A stretch of 64,000 nucleotides of DNA, taken from NCBI GenBank assembly GCA_023229665.1, contig JALNYW010000002.1, positions 92,988 through 156,987 of the forward strand, read 5' to 3'. The notes below the pieces were generated by a model, which did not search any database, had not been told where the DNA came from, and was given only the letters and a program-made list of their open reading frames with translations. Made by a program: the position numbers and the translations under genes. Of this stretch, positions 1 to 8,212 are shown piece by piece (position 1 is the stretch's first letter; every line of letters begins with the position of its first letter). The DNA is from Patescibacteria group bacterium. Lineage in GTDB: Bacteria; Patescibacteriota; Patescibacteriia; 2-12-FULL-60-25.

Positions 1-28
1 ACCGGAGGGGTTTTATCTTTTAGATGGG

Positions 29-57
29 TTGACAATTACGTCTCGATGGGAATATCT
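29..57 (+). promoter_or_regulatory. sigma70-like promoter (TTGACA-17-ATATCT) upstream of the first ORF
   Basis: TTGACA at 29-34, 17-nt spacer, ATATCT at 52-57. Pattern only. Confidence 0.4.
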
Positions 58-109
58 TGCACCCGCGTTTCGAGAATAGATTCTACAAAAGAAGAAGGAT
101 AGGTGACCC

Positions 110-1117
110 GTGTACGCATTCAAGATGGACATGTTTTTTGTCGGAGTCGTTGTCTGCCTTCTCGCTGGCTGCACTCCGGGTGGCCTGCCTGCCGAGGACG
201 CGGCGATGAGCCGTGAAGATTCCGGCATGGCGATGGAGGACGCGGCGGTAATGCCGTCTGATTCGGCCACCGGGACCGACGCCGAATCCATCGCCTGGAC
301 GAGCTGTGAGATCAGCACTGGCGTCTGGAGCTTGTCCTACGTGCTCCAGGCCGGAAGCGATGCGCGGTGCAGCCCGCGCGAAGCCGTGACCGTGTGCTTG
401 TGCGATGCTGCCGCGGACCCTGCGCGTTGCTTGCATGACGCAAGTCTCGACGAGCTTACGATCTTGGCCGCTGGATCGGCTTGCGCTTCGCGCCCCGAAG
501 GTCCGAACGTTGACGAGGCCGTGACCCCGGCCTGTCTGTCCGAAACGACCTGCTGGCTGAGCCGTGGAGGGAGCGCGGCGACGCTCACGAAAGCGAGTCC
601 CGATTCGGCTCGAGGAATCGCTGAGAGCGGCTCCGTGTTGGGTGACCTCACGACCCTTAGTTGTGCGCATGATCTGACCGCATCGCTAGTCGCGTCGTCG
701 TGCCCTGATCCCTGCGCGGATCCGGAGTATATCGGTGTCGAGTGCAACCTGCCGGATGATATGGCGTACGCACGGGACGAGTTCCTGTGCGCGATGTCTA
801 TCAGCCATGATCGCTGGTTCGTCGGAACGGGTATCGAGACCAATGAGTATATTCGTGACTATCGGGATGTCCTTTACGCTGCTTTGAACTTCGCGCAATA
901 CAACGGAGGACTCTCCATTCCTCCGGATACGCTGATCGAGTTCACTTGCGGTCCCGAAGGAGCCTGCTGGTTCAACTGGTCGAATCTCGACAGCCACCAT
1001 TCGCGCTGTCGAGTCAGTTTCGCAGCTGATTGCAGTGAAGCGACGACCGAGTGCTGGCCGCCCGGGTCGGACACGCCGATCGTCACGATCGCCTACTACG
1101 CCTACGAACTCCCGTAG
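110..1117 (+). CDS. hypothetical Cys-rich acidic lipoprotein
   Basis: 335-aa ORF with GTG start 6 nt after AAGGATAGG. N-terminal hydrophobic segment ends in an LLAGC lipobox. Many Cys and Asp residues, very high GC3. No recognised domain. Start could instead be ATG 125 or 131. Confidence 0.55.
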   Translation: MYAFKMDMFFVGVVVCLLAGCTPGGLPAEDAAMSREDSGMAMEDAAVMPSDSATGTDAESIAWTSCEISTGVWSLSYVLQAGSDARCSPREAVTVCLCDAAADPARCLHDASLDELTILAAGSACASRPEGPNVDEAVTPACLSETTCWLSRGGSAATLTKASPDSARGIAESGSVLGDLTTLSCAHDLTASLVASSCPDPCADPEYIGVECNLPDDMAYARDEFLCAMSISHDRWFVGTGIETNEYIRDYRDVLYAALNFAQYNGGLSIPPDTLIEFTCGPEGACWFNWSNLDSHHSRCRVSFAADCSEATTECWPPGSDTPIVTIAYYAYELP

Positions 1118-1128
1118 CCACTGTCATT

Positions 1129-1150
1129 GACCCCAACCGGGGTCTTTTTA
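1129..1150 (+). terminator. intrinsic terminator
   Basis: Hairpin GACCCCaaccGGGGTC followed by TTTTT. Confidence 0.6.
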
Positions 1151-1235
1151 TTCCCGGGTTTTATCTTGACCGGGCGGCAATTTTCTGCCATTCTCGGCGC
1201 ATTCCGGCATGTCGTCGGGATAGGAGGATGTTCCT

Positions 1236-2636
1236 TTGATTCCGAGATATTCCAGTCCCGAAATGTCGGCCGTCTGGTCCGATGAGAACAAGTTCAAGAA
1301 GTGGCTCGAGGTCGAGCTCGCGGTCCTCAAGGTGCGCGAGAAGCGCGGCGAGCTTCCGGCCGGTACGGCCAAGGGGATCGCTCAGGCGACGTACGTCGAT
1401 GCGGTGATCGCGGAAGCGATCAACAACCGCGAGAAGGAGATCGGACATGATCTCAACGCATTCGTCGAGATCATGCGGATGCAGATCATCTCGCGAGCCG
1501 ACTACGAATCTGGCAACGGCGTGAAGGATGCGAGCTTCGAGGACTGCCTTCGTCGGGGCCATCCGCAGAAGTGGGACCACTTCTTCCACGAGGGGATGAC
1601 GAGCTACGACACCGAGGAGCCGGCCATGGCCCTGCTCTTCCGCGAGGCCGATCACGTCATCTTCGCGGGCATCAAGCGCGTCCAGGACGCGCTCGTCGAG
1701 CTTGCGAAGAAGCACCGCGGCACGCTCATGATTGGCCGCACTCACGGCCAGTGGGCGCAGCCGGTGACCTTCGGCAAGCGCTGCCTCGACTGGCTCGACA
1801 TGATGCAGCGCGCCGCGTTCCGCCTGGTCGAGTCGGCCCGTGAGGTCGGCGTGATGAAGCTCTCGGGCGCCGTGGGTTTCTACAGAACGCTCGGTTCCGA
1901 GATCGAGAAGGCTGTCGCCGAGGAGCTGGGGCTCGAGGTCGCGCCCATCGCGACCCAGATCATCCCGCTCGACCGTCGCGCCGCTCACGTGAGCTCGATT
2001 GCCGAGCTCGCGACCGTGATGGGCAAGATCAGCCGCGATCTCTGGCTCTTGAGCCAGAGCGAGATCGGGGAGGTGGCCGAGCCCTTCGGCAAGAAGCAGA
2101 AGGGTTCGTCGGCCATGCCGCACAAGAAGAACCCGATCACGCTCGAGAAGCTGTTCGGCCTTCCGCGGCATGTTCGCCACTGTGCGGCTTCGGTGCTCGA
2201 GAGCGTCGAGACGGCCCACGAGCGCGACATCAGCCACAGCTCGGTCGAGCGCATCGCGGTGGTCGACGCCTACGGGCTCACCGACCACCTGCTGCGCCAG
2301 CTCGCGCGCGTGCTCGAGGGGCTCCAGGTGTTCCCGGAGCGCATGCAGCAGAACCTTGATGCCACCAAGGAGGTCTATGCCTCCCAGGCGGTGCGGGATC
2401 TGCTCGGCCAGCATGGAGTGCCGGGCGAAACCGCGTACCGCTTCATCCAGCGGTGTACCTTCCTCACGCGCGAGAAGGACTGCACGTTCTCGGACGCGTT
2501 CCTGAACGCGGACGACGACGAAGTCCCGTACGATCAGCGCCGCGAGATCGGCGCCACGGAGGAATTCGACCGGGCCTTCGATCCCAAGTGGTGGGTCCGC
2601 CACGAGGGCGTCTACTACCAGCGCTTCGGTCTCTGA
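1236..2636 (+). CDS. purB: adenylosuccinate lyase
   Basis: N-terminus IPRYSSPEMSAVWSDENKF and fumarate-lyase signature SSAMPHKKNP. TTG start preceded by ATAGGAGGA. High GC3. Confidence 0.9.
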   Translation: MIPRYSSPEMSAVWSDENKFKKWLEVELAVLKVREKRGELPAGTAKGIAQATYVDAVIAEAINNREKEIGHDLNAFVEIMRMQIISRADYESGNGVKDASFEDCLRRGHPQKWDHFFHEGMTSYDTEEPAMALLFREADHVIFAGIKRVQDALVELAKKHRGTLMIGRTHGQWAQPVTFGKRCLDWLDMMQRAAFRLVESAREVGVMKLSGAVGFYRTLGSEIEKAVAEELGLEVAPIATQIIPLDRRAAHVSSIAELATVMGKISRDLWLLSQSEIGEVAEPFGKKQKGSSAMPHKKNPITLEKLFGLPRHVRHCAASVLESVETAHERDISHSSVERIAVVDAYGLTDHLLRQLARVLEGLQVFPERMQQNLDATKEVYASQAVRDLLGQHGVPGETAYRFIQRCTFLTREKDCTFSDAFLNADDDEVPYDQRREIGATEEFDRAFDPKWWVRHEGVYYQRFGL

Positions 2637-2649
2637 CCGGAGTTTTTTA

Positions 2650-4428
2650 TTACCCGTTATTCGACTTCGCCAGCTCTTCCGTCAGGCGATTCCATTCCGC
2701 TTCGGTGTGCTGGATCATGGTTTCAAGCGATGACAGGCGCTTGGTACGTTCCAAATCAAATTTTGCCGGATCTTGCGTAAACAATTTCATGATGCCCGAA
2801 CGTTCTTCTTCCAATGAGTCGAGCTGCTTTTCGATTTTGGAAATCGCGCGCTTCAGCTCTTTCTGTTTTTCATGGCGTTCGGCTTTGCTCGTGCCCTTTT
2901 CGCGCTCTTGTTTTTCTTCCAGCTGTTCCTGTTTGGAGATGAGTCCCTCTTCCCTCGCGACATCGTAGACGTATTCTTCGTACGTGCCCGGATAAGAGCG
3001 GACCGTGCCGTCACGAACATCCAAAATGCGCGTCGCGACCAAGTTCACGAAGGTGCGCGAGTGGGAAATAAAAAGCACGGTGCCATTCCAGCGTCGCAAC
3101 GCGTTTCCGAGCGCTTCCACCGTCTCCAAATCCAGGTGGTTGGTCGGCTCGTCGAGGAGCAGGACTTCCGGACGCGATAACAAAAGCCCGGCCAGGACCA
3201 GCCGCGAGCGTTCTCCGCCCGACAATACGCTGATCGGTTTCTCCAAATCATCCTTTGGGAACAAAAAGTCGCCGGCCATGCGCATCAAATCCTCCCGTTC
3301 GGTGCCGGGCGTGGCCGTGCGTTCCAAATAATTCCAAACTGTGTCCGTCGGATGCAAAGTTTCCGACGCGTGTTGGTCGTAGAAACCGAGTTTGAGGCGG
3401 TTATTCCACGTGTAGGTCCCATCGAGTTTTTCGATGCGGCCCGCGAGCGTCTTCAAGAGCGTGGATTTACCTTTCCCGTTTTCTCCAAGGATGGCGACGC
3501 GCATTCCGCGATCAATCTCAAAGCTGATATCGCTCGCAATGACCCGATCCCCATACCCGATGGCCAAACGGAGGGCGCGCACGGCGAACTGCTTGCGATG
3601 TTCCACGGCCGGGATTCGGATTTTAACCGTCTTCAACGCGCTTGCGATATCGATCGTCTTCAATTTACGTAATTGCTTCATCTTTGACTGCGCTTGGGAG
3701 GCCTTGGACGCCTTGGCGCGGAACCGATTGATGAAAGACTCCAAATGTTTCTTCTGCGTCTCGATGTTTTGGTTGAATTTTACGTCGAGCGCGAGTTTTT
3801 CCTCCTTGTATTCAAGATACTCATTCACCGGGCGGGGGAAAAGGAAAAGTTTGCCGCGTTCGGCCTCCATGGTTTGCTCGCAGGTCTCCATCAAAAACTC
3901 ACGGTCATGCGACACGATGATGAAGGCGCCATTCCACTCCTGTAAAAAATGTTCCAAGAGGAGCTGGGTCTGCAAATCGAGGAAGTTGGTCGGCTCGTCG
4001 AGCAGCATCAGGTTCGGCTCATGCAAAAGCATGGCCGCCAACTTCACGCGCATGCGATACCCGCCCGACAAAGATTCGATCGGCACAAGCAGGCGTTCTT
4101 TTTTGATATCGAAACGTCCGGCCATTTTGGCGCAGGCCCATTCTTCCTTGCCGGAAGCGCGTTCGAGATAGGCGATGACGCTTTCGCCGGGTTCAAAGTC
4201 GTCATGCTGTTTGAGATACCCGAGCCGGCAGGCCGGATGGATGACAATTTCGCCCGCATCTTTTGCTTCACCACCGACGATCATGTGCAGCAAGGTGGAT
4301 TTTCCCGCTCCGTTGCGGCCGATGAAGCCGATTTTGTCGCCCTCCGAAATCGACACTGAGGCATTCTCAAACAGCACATGCGGGCCATGCGCCTTGTCGA
4401 GACCTTCAATGTGGAGGAGAACGCTCAT
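2650..4428 (-). CDS. ABC-F family ATPase (two ABC cassettes, no TM domain)
   Basis: Walker A GRNGAGKST and GENGKGKST, signatures LSGGYRMR and LSGGERSR, charged coiled-coil C-terminal tail. No SD. Confidence 0.9.
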   Translation of the reverse strand: MSVLLHIEGLDKAHGPHVLFENASVSISEGDKIGFIGRNGAGKSTLLHMIVGGEAKDAGEIVIHPACRLGYLKQHDDFEPGESVIAYLERASGKEEWACAKMAGRFDIKKERLLVPIESLSGGYRMRVKLAAMLLHEPNLMLLDEPTNFLDLQTQLLLEHFLQEWNGAFIIVSHDREFLMETCEQTMEAERGKLFLFPRPVNEYLEYKEEKLALDVKFNQNIETQKKHLESFINRFRAKASKASQAQSKMKQLRKLKTIDIASALKTVKIRIPAVEHRKQFAVRALRLAIGYGDRVIASDISFEIDRGMRVAILGENGKGKSTLLKTLAGRIEKLDGTYTWNNRLKLGFYDQHASETLHPTDTVWNYLERTATPGTEREDLMRMAGDFLFPKDDLEKPISVLSGGERSRLVLAGLLLSRPEVLLLDEPTNHLDLETVEALGNALRRWNGTVLFISHSRTFVNLVATRILDVRDGTVRSYPGTYEEYVYDVAREEGLISKQEQLEEKQEREKGTSKAERHEKQKELKRAISKIEKQLDSLEEERSGIMKLFTQDPAKFDLERTKRLSSLETMIQHTEAEWNRLTEELAKSNNG

Positions 4429-4510
4429 TTGCCACGCAGCATGAATGATTGACGAAAAGGGTGCAATACGATACCAACATCGCAGTTCATCCCTTCAAAG
4501 TGAGGTGGGT

Positions 4511-4852
4511 ATGCGACGTCCGTGGGTCCAGTCTCTGCTCTGCTTCCTGGTCACGCTCATCGGCCTCGAGTCGATCACCGGCCTGGTCTGGCTGTTCAAC
4601 GGCGGCGACAAGATGATCGAGATTTGTCTTTGGGGCGGCGTCGGTGGCGCGGTCTGGGTCGCGCTTCGATCGTACGGCCACGCCGTTCGCGAACGGCCTC
4701 CCGATCCGCTCGAGATGAGCGATGCCGAACGGCCTCCCGATCCGCTCGAGATGAGCGATGCCGAACGGCCTCCCGATCCGCTCGAGATGAGCGATGCCGA
4801 ACGGCGCGAGCATCTGCGCCGCGTCCGCAGCGAGCTCGACAAGCGCACCTGA
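4511..4852 (+). CDS. small two-TM membrane protein with 3 x 12-aa tandem repeat (ERPPDPLEMSDA)
   Basis: ATG 4511 preceded by GTGAGGTGG. Two hydrophobic segments, then a perfect triple repeat. TTGACG box at 4449-4454, terminator downstream. Confidence 0.55.
   Translation: MRRPWVQSLLCFLVTLIGLESITGLVWLFNGGDKMIEICLWGGVGGAVWVALRSYGHAVRERPPDPLEMSDAERPPDPLEMSDAERPPDPLEMSDAERREHLRRVRSELDKRT
4691..4805 (+). repeat. perfect 36-bp tandem repeat, 3 full copies plus a partial one, in frame
   Basis: Unit GAACGGCCTCCCGATCCGCTCGAGATGAGCGATGCC at 4691, 4727 and 4763, with a partial copy from 4799. Confidence 0.95.
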
Positions 4853-4897
4853 TCCCCGCAACGCGGGGGTCTTTTTTTATAAAAAAGACCGCCCGGT
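4852..4897. terminator. back-to-back terminators between convergent genes
   Basis: CCCCGCaacGCGGGG + T7 on the plus strand. GCCGCCtgaaccGGGCGGTC + T6 on the minus strand. The two share a TTTTTTTATAAAAAA core. Confidence 0.65.
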
Positions 4898-5239
4898 TCA
4901 GGCGGCGATGTTCAGCACGCGGTGGTAAGCGGCGCGCAGTTCGGTCGAGTCGACTTCGATGTCCAGCTCGCAGCGTAGGAAAAGACGGTTGTCCATCCAG
5001 TGCTGCGTGATGTCGAGCTGGCCGCGGTCGAATGCTTGTTCGATGAGCCGCTCGACGGTTGGAATGGCGACCTCGTAGAGCTCGGAGCGCTCTTCGCGGG
5101 TGAGGTCGGTCGAGTTCCTGACTCCCGTTCGGAGCGGATCGATGCGGACGGCGTAGCTGCCCGCAAGGTGGGCTGACCAGTGTCCGAAGCGAAGTAAGAA
5201 GTCTCGGGCTTCGACAACCGTAAATCTTCCTGTATCCAT
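4898..5239 (-). CDS. hypothetical protein (113 aa)
   Basis: ORF with GGGGGTG SD-like element 5 nt upstream of the ATG. High GC3. No recognised motif. Confidence 0.5.
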   Translation of the reverse strand: MDTGRFTVVEARDFLLRFGHWSAHLAGSYAVRIDPLRTGVRNSTDLTREERSELYEVAIPTVERLIEQAFDRGQLDITQHWMDNRLFLRCELDIEVDSTELRAAYHRVLNIAA

Positions 5240-5322
5240 GGATCACCCCCGGAACAGCACCTGAGTGCTGGTTCCAGCATGGCACGCGAAGAAAGAAAAA
5301 GTCAATCCCTGGATTCGAGTGC

Positions 5323-5393
5323 CAAGTATCAAGTACCAAGTAACAACAAAAGGGCCCGCAGGCCCCTTTGATACTTGTTACTTGGTACTTGAT
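5323..5393. repeat. long hairpin whose arms are arrays of CAAGTAN heptamers around a GC-rich inner stem
   Basis: CAAGTAT CAAGTAC CAAGTAA at 5323-5343. Inverted ATACTTG TTACTTG GTACTTG at 5371-5391. 19-bp perfect arms (5328-5346 / 5375-5393) enclose CAAAAGGGCCcgcaGGCCCCTTTG. Confidence 0.85.
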
Positions 5394-5398
5394 TCGGT

Positions 5399-6634
5399 CT
5401 AGCGTTGGCGGGCGACGACCTTCACGACATTTCCGCAAGCGGCCGGCGCGTCTTTTTCACGCGCGCATACGCGATAGTAGTAGGTTTTTCCCGGCACCGC
5501 AGTTCCATCAATGAAATATTGCGAATCGCGGTCAGGGAGGAATTCGATGTATCCGTCATTTGGGTAGGAAAGGTCGGCGTTGGAAGTTGAGCGGACGACC
5601 TTGTACCCATCAAAGCCTTCGGTCGTGCGCTTGGTCCATTCCAAGGCCGCCGCGCCCGGCAGGGTGGTGACCTTGAGCACGAGCTCATGGCTGACCGGGG
5701 TGTAGTTCGACTTGGAAACGACTTTTTCTTCTCCGGCCGGCACCGTTACCTCGACGTCATTACTGTAGGAATCGCAGCCCGATCCCGTATTGCGGCAGAC
5801 GCGGATATGGTAGGTCTTCCCGGCAGGAAGCGACCACTCACGCGAGCGCGTATTCGCATCCACGTATTCGGCGGAGTTCTCCGGGTAGGTCGGATTCGGT
5901 TCCGTGGACTTCACGACTTTGAATCCATTCGAGGCATCCACGTTGGCGACCCAGACGAGTTTCACTTTGCCCGGAACCGTTTCGGCCTTGAGCGAGATGC
6001 TGCCTTCGGGGGAAAGCGGTTTCACCTCTTTCTTTTCCGATTTTACTTCGGATTTCGTGTCCTTTTTTGCGTCCTTCAACAAACGTTTGAATTCATTTTT
6101 TGCGTACATCTTCACCTGGGTGAGCGAGCCGTCCTTTTCGACATACCAAGTCTCGCCTTTCTTCTGGACGCGGAGCAGGACCTTGTCCTTCAAGCGCGCC
6201 TGAAGATCCTTGTTGCCGGCCTCCACGACCTTGAAATCCTTTTCCAAAATACCGACCATGAGTTTCTTTCCGAGCTCAACGGGAAGCGTGGTCTTCGCTT
6301 CGGTCTTCGCTTCAGCCTTGGCCGCGCCCTTCGTCTCGATATACGACGCACCCATCCAGCCGGTGAAGCCGTTATATTTCACTTTGTACCAGCCGTCGGT
6401 TTCCGCCACGATCTGGACCGAAGTTCCGGCCGGAATGACGGTCAACACTTTCGAGCCTTCCATGCAGGCAACGTCGCGCATGCGCAACCCGACGGTTGGC
6501 GCGCCCGACATATTTTTGGAATAGACAGGGTCAGCGCCACAGTCACCGGCGCGGGCCATGACCGGGGACAGGGCAGGCACCAATAAACCGAGGGAAACGC
6601 TTAGCTTTAGGAGCGAAGAAAGGATTTTTTGCAT
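5399..6634 (-). CDS. secreted SH3b plus fibronectin-III-like repeat protein
   Basis: Signal peptide MQKILSSLLKLSVSLGLLVPALSPVMARA. SH3b-like GWYKVKYNGFTGWMGASYIE. Repeated FN3-like modules (YYYRVCA, YHIRVCR). Start moved to ATG 6634; the ORF-track extension to 6838 has no support. Confidence 0.75.
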   Translation of the reverse strand: MQKILSSLLKLSVSLGLLVPALSPVMARAGDCGADPVYSKNMSGAPTVGLRMRDVACMEGSKVLTVIPAGTSVQIVAETDGWYKVKYNGFTGWMGASYIETKGAAKAEAKTEAKTTLPVELGKKLMVGILEKDFKVVEAGNKDLQARLKDKVLLRVQKKGETWYVEKDGSLTQVKMYAKNEFKRLLKDAKKDTKSEVKSEKKEVKPLSPEGSISLKAETVPGKVKLVWVANVDASNGFKVVKSTEPNPTYPENSAEYVDANTRSREWSLPAGKTYHIRVCRNTGSGCDSYSNDVEVTVPAGEEKVVSKSNYTPVSHELVLKVTTLPGAAALEWTKRTTEGFDGYKVVRSTSNADLSYPNDGYIEFLPDRDSQYFIDGTAVPGKTYYYRVCAREKDAPAACGNVVKVVARQR

Positions 6635-6665
6635 ACCTGAATACGATATCATAGATGGTCCGGGG

Positions 6666-6694
6666 TTGACATTTCGCCCAAGAAGTCGTATTTT
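6666..6694 (+). promoter_or_regulatory. promoter TTGACA-17-TATTTT for the small ORF
   Basis: TTGACA 6666-6671, 17-nt spacer, TATTTT 6689-6694. Confidence 0.45.
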
Positions 6695-6727
6695 ACCCGC
6701 CCGTTCATGTGAAAGAGGAGTTATTGC

Positions 6728-6892
6728 GTGGATTATTTGACGGTCTTCTTTGCGCTCGCCGGGCTTTTCATTCAGGGACTCCTGTTCCGATGGTCCTGGG
6801 AGCGTCCTAATCGTCGTATGGCCTTGCGCCTGCTGCACGTCCTCCTGGGTTGTTCTTGGGCGCTTCTCTTGTGCCAGAGCTTCCTCCGCTGA
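6728..6892 (+). CDS. unannotated 54-aa hydrophobic (two-TM) peptide
   Basis: GTG start 7 nt after AAGAGGAG. Translation (M)DYLTVFFALAGLFIQGLLFRWSWERPNRRMALRLLHVLLGCSWALLLCQSFLR. Own promoter and terminator. Below the 60-aa cutoff of the ORF track. Confidence 0.45.
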   Translation: MDYLTVFFALAGLFIQGLLFRWSWERPNRRMALRLLHVLLGCSWALLLCQSFLR

Positions 6893-6894
6893 TC

Positions 6895-6928
6895 AAAAAA
6901 CCCCGACCAAAGGCCGGGGCATTTTTTT
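6895..6928. terminator. bidirectional terminator (small ORF / SOD gene)
   Basis: A6-CCCCGACCaaaGGCCGGGG-T7. Overlaps the SOD stop codon. Confidence 0.65.
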
Positions 6929-7505
6929 AACGGTAGCGCTCTTCAACTTTCTGCCAGTTCAGATTTTTCCAGAACGCTTCGACGTACTTTGCGCGTTCCG
7001 TCGGCTTGTAATCCACCGTGTAGGCGTGTTCCCAGACGTCGAGGGCGAACAGGATTTTCTGGCCGCCGAGTTGGCCGAGTTCATGATCGCTCACCCAGAC
7101 CGAGAGAAGGTTGCCATTGGTTTCGTCCTGGACGAGCAGAACCCAACCGATCCCGCGCATGACGGCCATGGCTGAGATCTGGTTTTTCCAAGCGTCGAAG
7201 GAGCCGTATTGCGATTCGAGCGCCATCTTCAAGGCGTCGTTTGAACCTTCGGCCTTTTCGAATTGCGAGAAGTAATACTCATGCAAACGCATGCCGTTGA
7301 ATTCGAACCCGAAGCGGCGCACCAGCTCCGAGAGCTCGATGGCCATGGCTTCGGCATTTTGTTTATGCTGTTCGATTTTTTGGAGCAGGGCATTCGAGTT
7401 CTTCACATAGCCCTGGTAGAGCTTGAGGTGCTCACTGATTTGGGTCTCGGACAGGCCGTCGAGGGCCCCGAGGGCAAAGGTCTTGGCTTCGTAGGATTTC
7501 AGCAT
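6927..7505 (-). CDS. Fe/Mn-family superoxide dismutase
   Basis: C-terminal signature DVWEHAY, overall SOD_Fe N and C layout, 192 aa. Metal specificity not determinable by eye. Confidence 0.9.
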   Translation of the reverse strand: MLKSYEAKTFALGALDGLSETQISEHLKLYQGYVKNSNALLQKIEQHKQNAEAMAIELSELVRRFGFEFNGMRLHEYYFSQFEKAEGSNDALKMALESQYGSFDAWKNQISAMAVMRGIGWVLLVQDETNGNLLSVWVSDHELGQLGGQKILFALDVWEHAYTVDYKPTERAKYVEAFWKNLNWQKVEERYR

Positions 7506-7558
7506 ATATTAGCGATAAGAATCGGTTCCAGAGGCCATGGTAGGCCGTCGGATCGGGC

Positions 7559-7587
7559 TTGACAATCCGCCCTGGACATGGCATTCA
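7559..7587 (+). promoter_or_regulatory. promoter TTGACA-17-CATTCA
   Basis: TTGACA 7559-7564, 17-nt spacer, CATTCA 7582-7587. Confidence 0.4.
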
Positions 7588-7620
7588 TAGCTTACCCGAA
7601 ACCTTTGGAAGGAGGCGGCC

Positions 7621-8142
7621 ATGCCGCTTTTGATCGAGTTCACGGATCCGGACATCGACGTGGAGGACATCGACGACCTCCAGGAAGATCGTCGCATCCG
7701 CCTTCGCGAGAGGGCGGAGATTCAGTCGAGCGGGAACCCCGGCTTCTTTCTGCGCTATGCGCACCTGCCGGATTACCTGTTCCAGGCCCCGAGGCTTCCC
7801 CCGGACCTGGAGGTCCGCTACAGCTACCGTTCCGACCTGCGGGACGACGGCCGCGCCTCCCAAGGCATGTACGAGGTCGAGGGCATCGCCCTTATGAAAG
7901 TGGAGCACGCCAAGGATTACGACCTGAAGACGATCTTCTCACGGGTCGTCATCATCGGCGAGATCGGCACGCCCCTGCAGACCATCTCGGATGCCTACGT
8001 CGCGCTGCGCGACGGCAAGCTCCGACCCTCCAAGGACTGGTCCAGTCCCGGTACGATCGCGGCGCCCGCGGCCGAGAAGAGCGAGGGCAGCGGCTCGCAC
8101 ACCCTCCCTCAGAAGGCCACGGCGGCGACGAAGGCGGCCTAG
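7621..8142 (+). CDS. hypothetical protein (173 aa)
   Basis: ATG preceded by GGAAGGAGG. High GC3. No recognised domain. Ala/Thr/Lys-rich tail. Confidence 0.55.
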   Translation: MPLLIEFTDPDIDVEDIDDLQEDRRIRLRERAEIQSSGNPGFFLRYAHLPDYLFQAPRLPPDLEVRYSYRSDLRDDGRASQGMYEVEGIALMKVEHAKDYDLKTIFSRVVIIGEIGTPLQTISDAYVALRDGKLRPSKDWSSPGTIAAPAAEKSEGSGSHTLPQKATAATKAA

Positions 8143-8212
8143 TGGCCACCGGCACGTCGTCCCGTGGCCCACCTACCTCCGGCACCTGATTCATCACCAG
8201 GTTCCGGGTTTT

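Noticed and set aside
1161-2603. 480-aa minus-strand ORF antisense to purB
   Set aside because: Typical high-GC shadow ORF. Arg/Ala/Leu-rich low-complexity translation, no start signals, and the plus strand encodes an unmistakable adenylosuccinate lyase.
4691-4805. Possible CRISPR array
   Set aside because: The 36-bp units are contiguous with no spacers, in frame inside an ORF, and no cas genes are present. This is a coding tandem repeat.
6635-6838. N-terminal extension of the SH3b/FN3 ORF
   Set aside because: The signal peptide begins at ATG 6634. The extension would put ~68 polar residues before it and overlaps the promoter and start of the small plus-strand ORF.
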